Counted from the first letter of the stretch, positions 19,032 to 27,844 are shown. The stretch is DNA of 44,533 nucleotides from Paludibacteraceae bacterium (GCA_017478035.1 JAFVHA010000129.1:1-44533), one strand, 5' to 3'. The notes: generated by a model from the sequence alone, not told the origin. Numbers and translations: made by a program.

Positions 19032-20138
19032 CTATTCATTGACGATGATGGTTTTACCGTCTTTTTTCTTATGCTTGAACCAAAGGCCATACACCTCGGA
19101 GCAGTTACCGGCGGTGATGAACGCTTTGATTTTGTTGTTACGTATAAACGCCATGAGGGACGAGAACTCGTCCTGGGTGAGCAGTACTTGGATCTCCAGA
19201 TGTTCCTCTCCGCTGTACCCGCCTTGAATCTTATAGATCGAACATCCGCGTACGAGGTCGTCCACAATGTACTTACGTATCCGGTCGGGTTCTGCGGATA
19301 CGATGCAGACACGTTTGCGTTTGTTGAGTGATGCAGTGAAATAATCGATGGCCAGGCCGTTGATCCATGTACCGATGATGCCGATGACCACCATGCGGAA
19401 GTCATTGATCAGGAAGGAAGTGCAGCATATGATGACACCTCCGATGGCCACGGACGAACCGATATCGAAATGCAGGTACTTATTGACTATCTTACCTAAG
19501 ATATCGAGTCCTCCTGTGGAAGCATTGATGCGGAAGAGAACCGCCTGGCATATACTGAGCAAGAGGACGAAACAGATGAGGTCGAACCACACGTCTCCCG
19601 TACCGAGCGAACCGGACATCACGCTGTCACGTACGCGCTCCATTACTTCACCGGAACGGCTGAGGATGTACGGATTGCCATGAGCGTCCAGGACAGTCTG
19701 ACCGGCCTGCAGTTGGGTGAGTATCTCCGGCGCGTCGATGACCTTGTGGGTGAAGTTATAATAGGGATAGATACGGTCCCACATTTGCGTCAAAGGACCC
19801 AATATCATCGCCGTATAGACTGTTTTGGCGCCGAACTCATTACCGATCAGGATGAACGCCATCAAGAGCAGGAAGGCGTTGATGCCCATCACCCAGTAGG
19901 AGAACGTGTCTGCCGTGCCGCCCACGAGCGTATTCAACACGATAGAAAGACCGGATATCGAGCCTACGATGAGGTGACTCGGAATGAGGAAGTAATAGAC
20001 GGCAATGGCTCCGACGCTCAAACCCAGCGTCATCATCACCAGTTCGCGCCAGAACTTAAGGGTGCCAAGGGCTTGATAGAAAGAGAGGAACAAGTCTCTC
20101 CAATGTGCCCAAGTGATATATTGTTTTAAGTGTTCCAT
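19032..20138 (-). CDS. YitT-family membrane protein (DUF2179 C-terminal domain)
   Basis: Multi-TM N-terminal part and a soluble C-terminal domain. Start at ATG 20138, below the lysC stop. Confidence 0.7.
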   Translation of the reverse strand: MEHLKQYITWAHWRDLFLSFYQALGTLKFWRELVMMTLGLSVGAIAVYYFLIPSHLIVGSISGLSIVLNTLVGGTADTFSYWVMGINAFLLLMAFILIGNEFGAKTVYTAMILGPLTQMWDRIYPYYNFTHKVIDAPEILTQLQAGQTVLDAHGNPYILSRSGEVMERVRDSVMSGSLGTGDVWFDLICFVLLLSICQAVLFRINASTGGLDILGKIVNKYLHFDIGSSVAIGGVIICCTSFLINDFRMVVIGIIGTWINGLAIDYFTASLNKRKRVCIVSAEPDRIRKYIVDDLVRGCSIYKIQGGYSGEEHLEIQVLLTQDEFSSLMAFIRNNKIKAFITAGNCSEVYGLWFKHKKKDGKTIIVNE

Positions 20139-20150
20139 TAAATGGATTCC

Positions 20151-20182
20151 GGATTTATGATTTAAGATTTTTGATTTATGCA
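20151..20182. repeat. tandem GATTTA-type words
   Basis: GGATTTATGATTTAAGATTTTTGATTTATGCA. Confidence 0.85.
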
Positions 20183-21420
20183 TTGTCTTTGACCACAAGT
20201 CGTGCGGTGCGGCGGGTGGTCTGACTAAGCATGATGGTTCGTCCGGCCTTGGCGCGATCGATGATCTCAGGCGTTGTGCCGCGGATCGTAAGCAGCGACA
20301 GACCGTCGTTATAGGTCACATTGAAATGCACCTGGAGGGCTTCCAAGGCTGCCGGTACAAAACGCGTGTTATCCACACAGACGGAGATAGTGACGGCAGA
20401 GGACTGGATAAGCGACACTTTGAGTCGGTTGCGCTGAATGATATCGAAGATCTCACTCAGGCTCTCCTCGAGCACAAAGGCGAAGTCCTTTGCCCGCATG
20501 GTGATCAGTATCTGGTTCTTGCGCCAAATATATACCGGCACGTCAATCGGTCCAATCCCGTCTGCCGCGATACGTGAGCCGGCGGCGGTGGGGTTTCCGA
20601 AAGGTTTGACGAACAGCGGTATCTGTTTGTTCTCGAGCGGCCGTATGGTCTTCGGGTGGATGACCTGCGCACCGGAGTAACTCAGTTCGACGGCATCCTG
20701 ATAACGGAGCGAGGGGATGAGTACGGTGTCGGGTTCGATACGCGGGTCGGCATTGAGGATGCCCGGCACATCTTTCCATATCGTGACGGATTCAGCGTCC
20801 AGATAATTAGCGAGCAGCGCGGCCGTGTAATCGGAGCCTTCGCGTCCGAGTGTAGTACGTTTGCCGTCAGCGGTACCTCCTATGAATCCCTGCGCCACGA
20901 CGACGGACGGCCGGTTGGGCCTCTCCCACCCTGCGCGAATCACTTCACGACTGACGGCATCATCCACGCGTGCTTCGCGCCACGTCTCATCCGTGCGCAG
21001 CAGTTTGGGCATGTTCCACCATTCGACGGAAAGGCCTTGTTTGAGCAGATAGACGGCGATGATCTGAGTGGAGAGCAGTTCGCCCATTGAAACGACCTGA
21101 TCGTAGTTCTCGTCGTAAGGCAGCGTCGGGTCATAGGGAATCTCTCCCTGCAGACGGATATCAACTCCGGGTTGCAGGCCGAGTTCCTTCATGATCGCCA
21201 CGTGATAATCGAAGATATCCACCCATTGGGTGAGGGCTTTGTCTTCCTGTCCGGCGGCGCAGTAATCAACCACCCGCTCAAGGGCGTTGGTAGTCTTGCC
21301 CATGGCAGAGACGACGACCATCAGATCGTCTGAACCGGCCATGCGGACGATTCGCTCCAAGTTACGGACACCTTGCGCGTCCTTCACCGAGGCTCCACCG
21401 AATTTGAAAACTTTAGCCAT
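20176..21420 (-). CDS. lysC: aspartate kinase
   Basis: KFGGASV start motif, VVSAMGKTT, and a C-terminal ACT-like region. Confidence 0.9.
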   Translation of the reverse strand: MAKVFKFGGASVKDAQGVRNLERIVRMAGSDDLMVVVSAMGKTTNALERVVDYCAAGQEDKALTQWVDIFDYHVAIMKELGLQPGVDIRLQGEIPYDPTLPYDENYDQVVSMGELLSTQIIAVYLLKQGLSVEWWNMPKLLRTDETWREARVDDAVSREVIRAGWERPNRPSVVVAQGFIGGTADGKRTTLGREGSDYTAALLANYLDAESVTIWKDVPGILNADPRIEPDTVLIPSLRYQDAVELSYSGAQVIHPKTIRPLENKQIPLFVKPFGNPTAAGSRIAADGIGPIDVPVYIWRKNQILITMRAKDFAFVLEESLSEIFDIIQRNRLKVSLIQSSAVTISVCVDNTRFVPAALEALQVHFNVTYNDGLSLLTIRGTTPEIIDRAKAGRTIMLSQTTRRTARLVVKDNA

Positions 21421-21454
21421 TAGCCTTTTGCCATTAGCCCTTAGCCTTTAGAGG
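21411..21454. repeat. tandem TTAGCC-type 7-nt words
   Basis: CTTTAGCCATTAGCCTTTTGCCATTAGCCCTTAGCCTTTAGAGG. Includes the lysC start codon region (ATGGCTAAAG on the - strand) and the ribH stop. Confidence 0.9.
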
Positions 21455-21924
21455 TTCGCCATGCGGATGGCGGTATAAGCGCCTTCGATACCTTTGTTAC
21501 CGAGTTTGCCGCCACAACGATCGAGTGCCTGCTGTTTGTTGAGGACAGTGAGTACGGAGAAGATGACCGGCACTTTGCCTTGTGTATTCAGCGCCGCAAC
21601 CCCTTGCGTCACAGACTGGCAGACGTAATCGAAATGAGGAGTATCCCCTTGTATGACGCAGCCGATAACGATGACGGCGTTCACGCGTTCTTCTTTCATG
21701 ATACGCGCGGCTCCGTACGTCAGTTCGACGGCACCGGGCACATGCAGCACGCTGATGTTATCCTGCGCTACGCCATGTTTGACGAAGGTGTCGATGGCTC
21801 CTTGCGCCATAGCGTAGGTGATCTCGCTGTTCCAATCCGCCACTATAATTGCGTAGCGCTGACGTTCGAGAACATCAGCGCTTGGCAATTGATTCGCATC
21901 GTATTTCGATAGATCTGTTGTCAT
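21448..21924 (-). CDS. ribH: 6,7-dimethyl-8-ribityllumazine synthase
   Basis: Typical length; VPGAVEL and GVIQGDTPHFDYV-like motifs. Confidence 0.93.
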   Translation of the reverse strand: MTTDLSKYDANQLPSADVLERQRYAIIVADWNSEITYAMAQGAIDTFVKHGVAQDNISVLHVPGAVELTYGAARIMKEERVNAVIVIGCVIQGDTPHFDYVCQSVTQGVAALNTQGKVPVIFSVLTVLNKQQALDRCGGKLGNKGIEGAYTAIRMANL

Positions 21925-21930
21925 TGGTCG

Positions 21931-22617
21931 TTAGTCGTTAGCGACCGCGATATATTTGTCAATGTCTTGTGCTTCGGCAGAAGAAGGATAATTGTCCTTA
22001 ATAGCCTGGAAAGCCTTGAGAGCTTTGCCGTTACGTCCTTCGTGCAGATAGACGATACCGAGTTTCTTGAGGCTCATCGGAGCGATGATCTCATTTCCGG
22101 ACTCAGCAGCAGCTTCGAAAGCCTTGGTAGCTTTGCCGTACTCTTGAAGTTCCACATAGGCATCACCGAGCAGCTGGCGTGCTGCGGGATCGATGTTCAG
22201 GTCGTCTGCCTCGAAACGTTTGAGGTACTTGGCAGCATCCTCAAACTCACCTTTCTCAAAATAGCAGATACCGGCGTAGAGGGCAGCGAGCTTACCTTGC
22301 TGATAATGCTTGTACTCATCTGCGATTGCTTCGAAACCGAGGCACTCGGCGTCGTCACCGTTCAGCGCTTTCTCATAATCGCCCGCCATGAAATAAACGA
22401 CCGCTTTCGCGTTCTCGTTACTTGCCTCGAGGGCTTTGGGTTTGATGACGTACTGATTGATGGCGATGATGCCCATTACGACTACGGCGATTCCGCAAAC
22501 GATCCAGCTGATGAGGTTCGCATTGTCTTCAATCCATTGACCTGCGCCGGTGAGCGCTTCATTCACTTCTTGCAATTGTTCGTCCTGTTTAACGAACTGT
22601 TCTTTCTTTTTTGCCAT
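21931..22617 (-). CDS. membrane-anchored TPR-repeat protein
   Basis: One TM segment (WIVCGIAVVVMGIIAI), then TPR-like AxxYxxxGxY repeats. Start at ATG 22617, downstream of the promoter. Confidence 0.65.
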   Translation of the reverse strand: MAKKKEQFVKQDEQLQEVNEALTGAGQWIEDNANLISWIVCGIAVVVMGIIAINQYVIKPKALEASNENAKAVVYFMAGDYEKALNGDDAECLGFEAIADEYKHYQQGKLAALYAGICYFEKGEFEDAAKYLKRFEADDLNIDPAARQLLGDAYVELQEYGKATKAFEAAAESGNEIIAPMSLKKLGIVYLHEGRNGKALKAFQAIKDNYPSSAEAQDIDKYIAVAND

Positions 22618-22658
22618 TGTTTGTATTAATAATTTATATGAATTTTCAAAATCGGGCA

Positions 22659-22690
22659 CAAAGGTACTACTTTTTTTTGATATATGCAAG
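22659..22690 (-). promoter_or_regulatory. Bacteroides-type promoter heading a 7-gene co-directional array
   Basis: - strand: CTTG N20 TACCTTTG with an A8 spacer cassette. Confidence 0.7.
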
Positions 22691-22705
22691 AAAAAGTAAA
22701 ACTTT

Positions 22706-22774
22706 TTTAGTTTAGAGTTTAGAGTTTAGAGTTGAAAGAAGTTGAAAGAAGTTGAAAGTTTAGAGTTGAGAGAT
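22706..22774. repeat. compound tandem array: TTTAGAG x3, TTGAAAGAAG x2.7, then TTTAGAG TTGAGAG
   Basis: Read directly; periods of 7 and 10 nt. Confidence 0.95.
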
Positions 22775-22806
22775 AAAAAAGGAAGCCTTACGTTAGTAAG
22801 ACTCCC
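22775..22806 (-). terminator. rho-independent terminator on the minus strand
   Basis: GGAGTCTTAC-taac-GTAAGGCTTCC (one bulge) followed by a T6 run on the - strand. Lies about 200 nt downstream of the 23002 stop. Confidence 0.65.
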
Positions 22807-22907
22807 TATTCCAATTGCATGCAAAAATGCTTAAAATGCAACAAATTGTATATATATACTATGTATATATATAGTAGAAGGCACTATTTTGTCATTTTTG
22901 GGCATTC

Positions 22908-23000
22908 ATCCTTGGGTGATCCTTGGGTGATTGTTGGGTGGTCTTTTGGTTTTCCTCCGTAGTTGCCCCGTAAATGCTCCGTAAATGCTCCGTAATTACT
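22908..23000. repeat. two 11-nt tandem word arrays
   Basis: CCTTGGGTGAT x2 plus a variant (22908-22943). CCGTAAATGCT x2 plus CCGTAATTACT (22968-23000). Confidence 0.9.
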
Positions 23001-23001
23001 G

Positions 23002-24963
23002 TTACTTCACATCCTTCACGAGGCGGACGGAGAATCCATTATACCTGTGATCTTCTTTTATTCCAGCCGCCCATCCACGTCCTTCAGCTCTGATCCCCCA
23101 CATGAAAACATTACAGTGGTAATTGACAAAATCTCCTACTTGGCTTACGATTCCAGTCGATGAATGATATATACCTGTCGTATCCATATAGTGGACTACA
23201 AGATGATCGGCAACTTCTCGGTCACGGAATCCTGCTGCTGGAAGGAATATGGCCCCCTCCTTTTCCATCAGCCTCCATTGCTGGTTCATATAATAATTTT
23301 TTGCACCAGGTGAAAACTCAACCCCATCAGGCGTTACCCACGTATCAGGAAGGAAGACGTATCCATTAACAGGATCCAATGATTCGGATGGTTTAATAGT
23401 TGCCGTCCCTCTAAGTTTGTTGGCATTCTCTCTCTCTGCGTAAAGATACTGCCACTCGTCCTTAGTAAGCGTACGCCATTCATTGGCAAAACCGCTATTA
23501 CCGATGGGATTTACCCCCCAGTCGACAAAGGGAGCGAAATCTTCGTCTTTATAGCTCTCCATCAGGGGTTTATAACCGGTTCCCCAACAGAACAAGTCTA
23601 TCCATCCGTCATAATCTTCCTCTATGTCTTCATTGATCTTGCCCCGATACTCGTATTGTCTGTCGGCAAAACGCCAGCTCTTCGAACGCGGATGATACCA
23701 GAGGTTACCGGGTGAGAAATACACTTTCTTAGTGGGGCTGACCGAGAAATAAGGTTCCCTGTTATCCGCACGATGGATAGGAAGTTCCTGCTTTGCCCCA
23801 TCAACAGAGCTATAGATAGTGATTAAACCGTTCTTTTCTTCGCCTCCCTCCGGTGCGGGTGCGACACTCACTACCATCGTCGCATCTCCGTCACCCTTGG
23901 TCGTTGAAATGGTAAAGAAATCGCCACCGGTTACCCTTGCCTTCCATTCATAACTACTATAAATTTCCACAGTAAAATCGCCTCCTGTTTTCGGAGCAAA
24001 AATACTCGCGGGGTAGACAGACAGGTCGGCGTCCCATTTACGTTCGCGACTTACGTACACGGGCAATTGAACGGGTCTGTAGGAGTCGGAACGTACTTCC
24101 ATCACAGTAAGCACGGTTGCTATTGAAGTTTTTGATGTCGATGGAAGCACTGTGATGTTGAAGGAGCCGTTTCCGGTCTTTTCATTATTGTCGCTAAGCG
24201 TCACCCAATAGGCGTCCCACGGCTTGGTGACCATCCATTTGGCGTCAGTTGTTACATTCACAGTAAAAGAGCCTCCCTCGGCCGGGGCTTCCATATTTTG
24301 CGGATCCACGGTCATCGATGTTGCGTCAGAGGCGCTACGGGTGATCGTCACCGTCTGCTTCTCGACGCCGGTACCCTCCATCGGGGTAACAGTGATGGTA
24401 GCTACGGTCTCTTCAGGCATGGTAGCCGGATCCACATTTACCGTGATGATCGCATTGTTGCGTTTGACTGCCTCACCGTCAATCTTAGCCCAAGTGACGT
24501 TGCTCGCTATCTGCCATTTGATATTACTCTCCACCTGGACGATATAAACACCTCCGTCTTTCGGAGTCTTAATCTCGGTATCACTGGCAATTATCAGACG
24601 TGCCGGGTCTTTCGCCAAGCGTTTGACAGGCACTTCCACCGTCCGGTCACCGGACTTGAACACAATCTTGCTGTTCGCCTCCGTACTGGTCTTGTCTGCT
24701 GCAATCTTCACACTAATCTCCACTGTGCCGGCGTTCCCCGAAGCGGGATTGATTTTGACCCAGCTGTCCGCACAACTCGCCGTCCATGCCTCCGGTGCGG
24801 TGAGAGAAAGCGTGTAATCTGCGCCGATACTCGGACTGATAATGCTGTTAGGCGTAACAGCCAAATTGATCACTTCCTGCTCAGGCTCTGCGTCCTTTGC
24901 TCCTTTCTTACAGCCCACAAAGACAAGGGGCAGTAACAACGAAAGAATAAAAAATCTCTTCAT
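23002..24963 (-). CDS. surface lipoprotein with tandem BACON-like domains and a DUF1566/Fib_succ-like C-terminal domain
   Basis: Lipobox LVFVGC; 4-5 repeats of about 90 aa with W..W....G.G.F...V; C-terminus ends GFSVRLVKD. Confidence 0.75.
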   Translation of the reverse strand: MKRFFILSLLLPLVFVGCKKGAKDAEPEQEVINLAVTPNSIISPSIGADYTLSLTAPEAWTASCADSWVKINPASGNAGTVEISVKIAADKTSTEANSKIVFKSGDRTVEVPVKRLAKDPARLIIASDTEIKTPKDGGVYIVQVESNIKWQIASNVTWAKIDGEAVKRNNAIITVNVDPATMPEETVATITVTPMEGTGVEKQTVTITRSASDATSMTVDPQNMEAPAEGGSFTVNVTTDAKWMVTKPWDAYWVTLSDNNEKTGNGSFNITVLPSTSKTSIATVLTVMEVRSDSYRPVQLPVYVSRERKWDADLSVYPASIFAPKTGGDFTVEIYSSYEWKARVTGGDFFTISTTKGDGDATMVVSVAPAPEGGEEKNGLITIYSSVDGAKQELPIHRADNREPYFSVSPTKKVYFSPGNLWYHPRSKSWRFADRQYEYRGKINEDIEEDYDGWIDLFCWGTGYKPLMESYKDEDFAPFVDWGVNPIGNSGFANEWRTLTKDEWQYLYAERENANKLRGTATIKPSESLDPVNGYVFLPDTWVTPDGVEFSPGAKNYYMNQQWRLMEKEGAIFLPAAGFRDREVADHLVVHYMDTTGIYHSSTGIVSQVGDFVNYHCNVFMWGIRAEGRGWAAGIKEDHRYNGFSVRLVKDVK

Positions 24964-25010
24964 ATAATGTAATGTATTAATGATCTGAAAATATGTTTTA
25001 AAATCGGCTG

Positions 25011-25042
25011 CAAAGATACAACAAAAATTTCACATATGCAAG
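25011..25042 (-). promoter_or_regulatory. Bacteroides-type promoter for the lipoprotein gene
   Basis: - strand: CTTGCATATGTG...N20...TATCTTTGCAGCCG. Confidence 0.7.
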
Positions 25043-25078
25043 AAAAAAAACTTTTTTTTAGGAAAAATCGCACACGTG

Positions 25079-25110
25079 TTTGCGTATATCAAAAAAAAGC
25101 AGTAAATTTG
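25079..25110 (+). promoter_or_regulatory. Bacteroides-type promoter for lepA
   Basis: TTTGCGTATATCAAAAAAAAGCAGTAAATTTGCAGCCG. Confidence 0.75.
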
Positions 25111-25141
25111 CAGCCGAATTAATTTGGATAAATAGGACTCA

Positions 25142-26917
25142 ATGGACAAGATACGTAATTTTTGTATTATCGCTCATATCGATCACGGGAAGAGCACATT
25201 GGCCGATCGGATGTTGGAGTTGACGGGTACGGTGGATGTTCGGCAAATGGAAAACCAGGTGCTGGACGACATGGAGCTGGAGAAAGAACGGGGCATCACG
25301 ATTAAGAGCCATGCTATTCAGATGCAGCACAAAGGCTACACCCTCAACCTGATTGATACTCCGGGGCACGTGGACTTCAGTTACGAGGTGAGCCGGAGTA
25401 TTGCGGCATGTGAAGGTGCGGTACTTGTCGTCGATGCGACGCAGGGCGTGCAGGCGCAGACCATCTCCAACCTCTACATGGCTATCGAACATGACCTCGA
25501 GATCATTCCCGTCATCAACAAATGTGACATGCCCAACGCCATGCCCGAGCGCGTGGAGGACGAGATAATAGAGCTGTTAGGCTGTAAGCGCGAGGAGATA
25601 TTACGTTGTTCCGCCAAGACCGGAGAAGGCGTACCCGAGATCTTAGACGCCATCGTCGAGCGTATTCCCGCGCCCAAAGGAGACCCGAACGCGCCGCTCC
25701 AATGTCTCGTCTTTGATAGTGTATTCAACTCCTTCCGCGGCATCATCGCCTATTTCAAAGTGGTTAACGGTACGATGAAGACCGGCGACCAAGTGCGCTT
25801 TGTCAATACAGGCAAAGAGTACGACGCCGACGAGATAGGAATCCTCAAACTTGAGATGTCTCCGCGTAAGGAGATCTCTGCAGGTAACGTGGGATATATC
25901 ATCTCCGGTATCAAGACCTCGACCGAAGTCAAAGTCGGTGATACCATCACCCATGTGGCGCGGCCGTGCGACAAAGCGATTGCCGGTTTCGAAGAAGCCA
26001 AACCGATGGTCTTCGCGGGCGTGTATCCGATAGAGAGTGAGGATTACGAAGACCTGCGCGCTTCGTTGGAGAAACTGCAACTGAATGATGCCTCCCTCAC
26101 TTTCCAGCCGGAGAGTTCGATGGCGTTGGGTTTCGGTTTCCGTTGCGGGTTCTTAGGCTTGCTTCACATGGAGATCATCCAGGAGCGTCTGGATCGCGAG
26201 TTCGACATGGACGTGATTACGACGGTGCCGAACGTGAGTTACAACGTCTATACGAAAGACGGCGGAATGGTCGAGGTACATAACCCCGCCGGCATGCCGG
26301 ACTTGACGGAGATAGACCGTATCGAGGAGCCGTATATCCGCGCGTCCGTCATCACCACCGCCGACTATATCGGTCCGATCATGACGCTTTGTCTCGGCAA
26401 ACGCGGCGAGCTCGTCAAGCAGGAGTATATATCCGGCAACCGGATGGAGCTGCTGTTCGACATGCCGTTAGGCGAGATCGTGATTGATTTCTACGACAAA
26501 CTCAAATCCATCTCCAAAGGCTACGCGTCGTTCGATTGGCATATGAACGGATTCAGACCGTCTAATCTAGTGAAGCTGGATATTCTGCTGAACGGCGAGC
26601 AGGTCGATGCGCTTTCTACCCTCACCCATAGGGACAATGCCGTCGATTTCGGTCGTCGCATGTGCGAGAAACTCAAAGAGTTGTTGCCTCGTCAGCAGTT
26701 CGATATTGCGATACAAGCGGCGATAGGCGCGAAGATCATCGCCCGCGAGACGGTGAAGCAGGTACGTAAGGACGTGCTGGCGAAATGCTACGGAGGAGAC
26801 GTGAGCCGCAAACGCAAACTGCTCGAGAAGCAGAAACGAGGGAAGAAACGCATGAAGCAGATCGGCAATGTGGAAGTGCCTCAAAAAGCTTTTTTAGCCG
26901 TGCTAAAGTTGGATTGA
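25142..26917 (+). CDS. lepA: translation elongation factor 4
   Basis: [12 protein letters not shown]1 motif, DTPGH, NKCD, and the LepA-specific C-terminal [12 protein letters not shown]. Confidence 0.97.
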   Translation: MDKIRNFCIIAHIDHGKSTLADRMLELTGTVDVRQMENQVLDDMELEKERGITIKSHAIQMQHKGYTLNLIDTPGHVDFSYEVSRSIAACEGAVLVVDATQGVQAQTISNLYMAIEHDLEIIPVINKCDMPNAMPERVEDEIIELLGCKREEILRCSAKTGEGVPEILDAIVERIPAPKGDPNAPLQCLVFDSVFNSFRGIIAYFKVVNGTMKTGDQVRFVNTGKEYDADEIGILKLEMSPRKEISAGNVGYIISGIKTSTEVKVGDTITHVARPCDKAIAGFEEAKPMVFAGVYPIESEDYEDLRASLEKLQLNDASLTFQPESSMALGFGFRCGFLGLLHMEIIQERLDREFDMDVITTVPNVSYNVYTKDGGMVEVHNPAGMPDLTEIDRIEEPYIRASVITTADYIGPIMTLCLGKRGELVKQEYISGNRMELLFDMPLGEIVIDFYDKLKSISKGYASFDWHMNGFRPSNLVKLDILLNGEQVDALSTLTHRDNAVDFGRRMCEKLKELLPRQQFDIAIQAAIGAKIIARETVKQVRKDVLAKCYGGDVSRKRKLLEKQKRGKKRMKQIGNVEVPQKAFLAVLKLD

Positions 26918-26936
26918 GGTCAGACCTGGTTCTGTT

Positions 26937-27758
26937 TTATGCTTTCAATATATGCTTGCTTTCCACATTCTCCAACACAGTCATTTGTTGGATCGCTATT
27001 TGGTTGAGTTTCTGGAGGCGTTCTCCTTGTGGTAAGCCTTCATTGATGAATACTGCATTCAGGTTCTCCATATTACTCAGACAAATCAACTGGTTAATCG
27101 TCGCGTAGTCGCGTATATTACCTTTATCCTCTGGATGCGCATCACGCCATTCTTTAGCGGTCATTCCAAACAACGCCACATTGAGCACATCAGCTTCATT
27201 AGCATAAATGAGTGAACGATGGTAAGGGTCAATCTCCTGCGGGATAAGGTGCTCTTTTATCGCGTCTGTATGTATATGGTAGTTGATTTTTGCCAACTCG
27301 CGTTTCGCCGACCATCCGAGTGCCTTTTGTTCCTCCTCTTTGAGGCGTTGGAACTCCTTAATCAAATAGAGTTCAAACTCAACTGACACCCAACTGGCAA
27401 ACTTAAAAGCTATATCGCGCTGCGCATATGTACCGCCATTATTCCCACTCTTAGAAATAATGCCTATAGCTCCTGTTAATTCAATCCAACGTGACGGGCT
27501 AAGGGTGAAAGCATTACTACCAGCCTCACGCAAAAGGGGATCGAATTCGACCCCTTTGAAAAGAGGATTATTTAATGCTTCCCACATGCCAAGATACTCA
27601 ATCGTATTTTTGAGTCGCATCCAGTTTTTGACTACATCTTTTGGTTCTATGGCATTCTTCTGCCTTGCAATATCCGTAATACAGATATAGTCCCATCCGT
27701 TCTGCGAAAACGAACGGATAGTTGTGTCCTTGACGATTATTTCTTTTTGCTTTGCCAT
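26937..27758 (-). CDS. KilA-N domain-containing protein
   Basis: The N-terminal pattern DYICITDIAR...NWMRLKNTIEYLGMWE...NNP matches my memory of KilA-N proteins from Bacteroidales. No partner gene nearby. Confidence 0.65.
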   Translation of the reverse strand: MAKQKEIIVKDTTIRSFSQNGWDYICITDIARQKNAIEPKDVVKNWMRLKNTIEYLGMWEALNNPLFKGVEFDPLLREAGSNAFTLSPSRWIELTGAIGIISKSGNNGGTYAQRDIAFKFASWVSVEFELYLIKEFQRLKEEEQKALGWSAKRELAKINYHIHTDAIKEHLIPQEIDPYHRSLIYANEADVLNVALFGMTAKEWRDAHPEDKGNIRDYATINQLICLSNMENLNAVFINEGLPQGERLQKLNQIAIQQMTVLENVESKHILKA

Positions 27759-27844
27759 CTTCTATCTATCTTTTCACCGCTTTTTTACGCTGTCGGTGTC
27801 AGCGGAATTACGATGCGATTATTGTTCCGCACGCAATTTGCATG

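Noticed and set aside
18992-19405. N-terminal 138-aa extension of the nucleotidyltransferase ORF; similar extensions at 20139-20198, 22618-22689, 8873-8893, 35859-35906, 14529-14552 and 14597-14638
   Set aside because: The extensions overlap the upstream gene or lie upstream of the mapped -7 promoter box. The conserved protein N-termini begin at the internal ATG.
22819-22962. 47-aa + strand ORF (MQKCLKCNKLYIYTMYIY...) in the long intergenic region
   Set aside because: It is translated from A/T palindromes and 11-nt word repeats. No promoter match on the + strand, and the composition is implausible.
22706-23000. Possible CRISPR array, suggested by the many short direct repeats here and elsewhere
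   Set aside because: The repeat units are 7-11 nt and directly adjacent, with no 25-40 nt unique spacers. No cas genes are present.
26918-26936. GGTCAGACC palindrome between the lepA and KilA-N stops as a terminator
   Set aside because: The stem is only about 4 bp and has no flanking T or A run, which is too weak to call.
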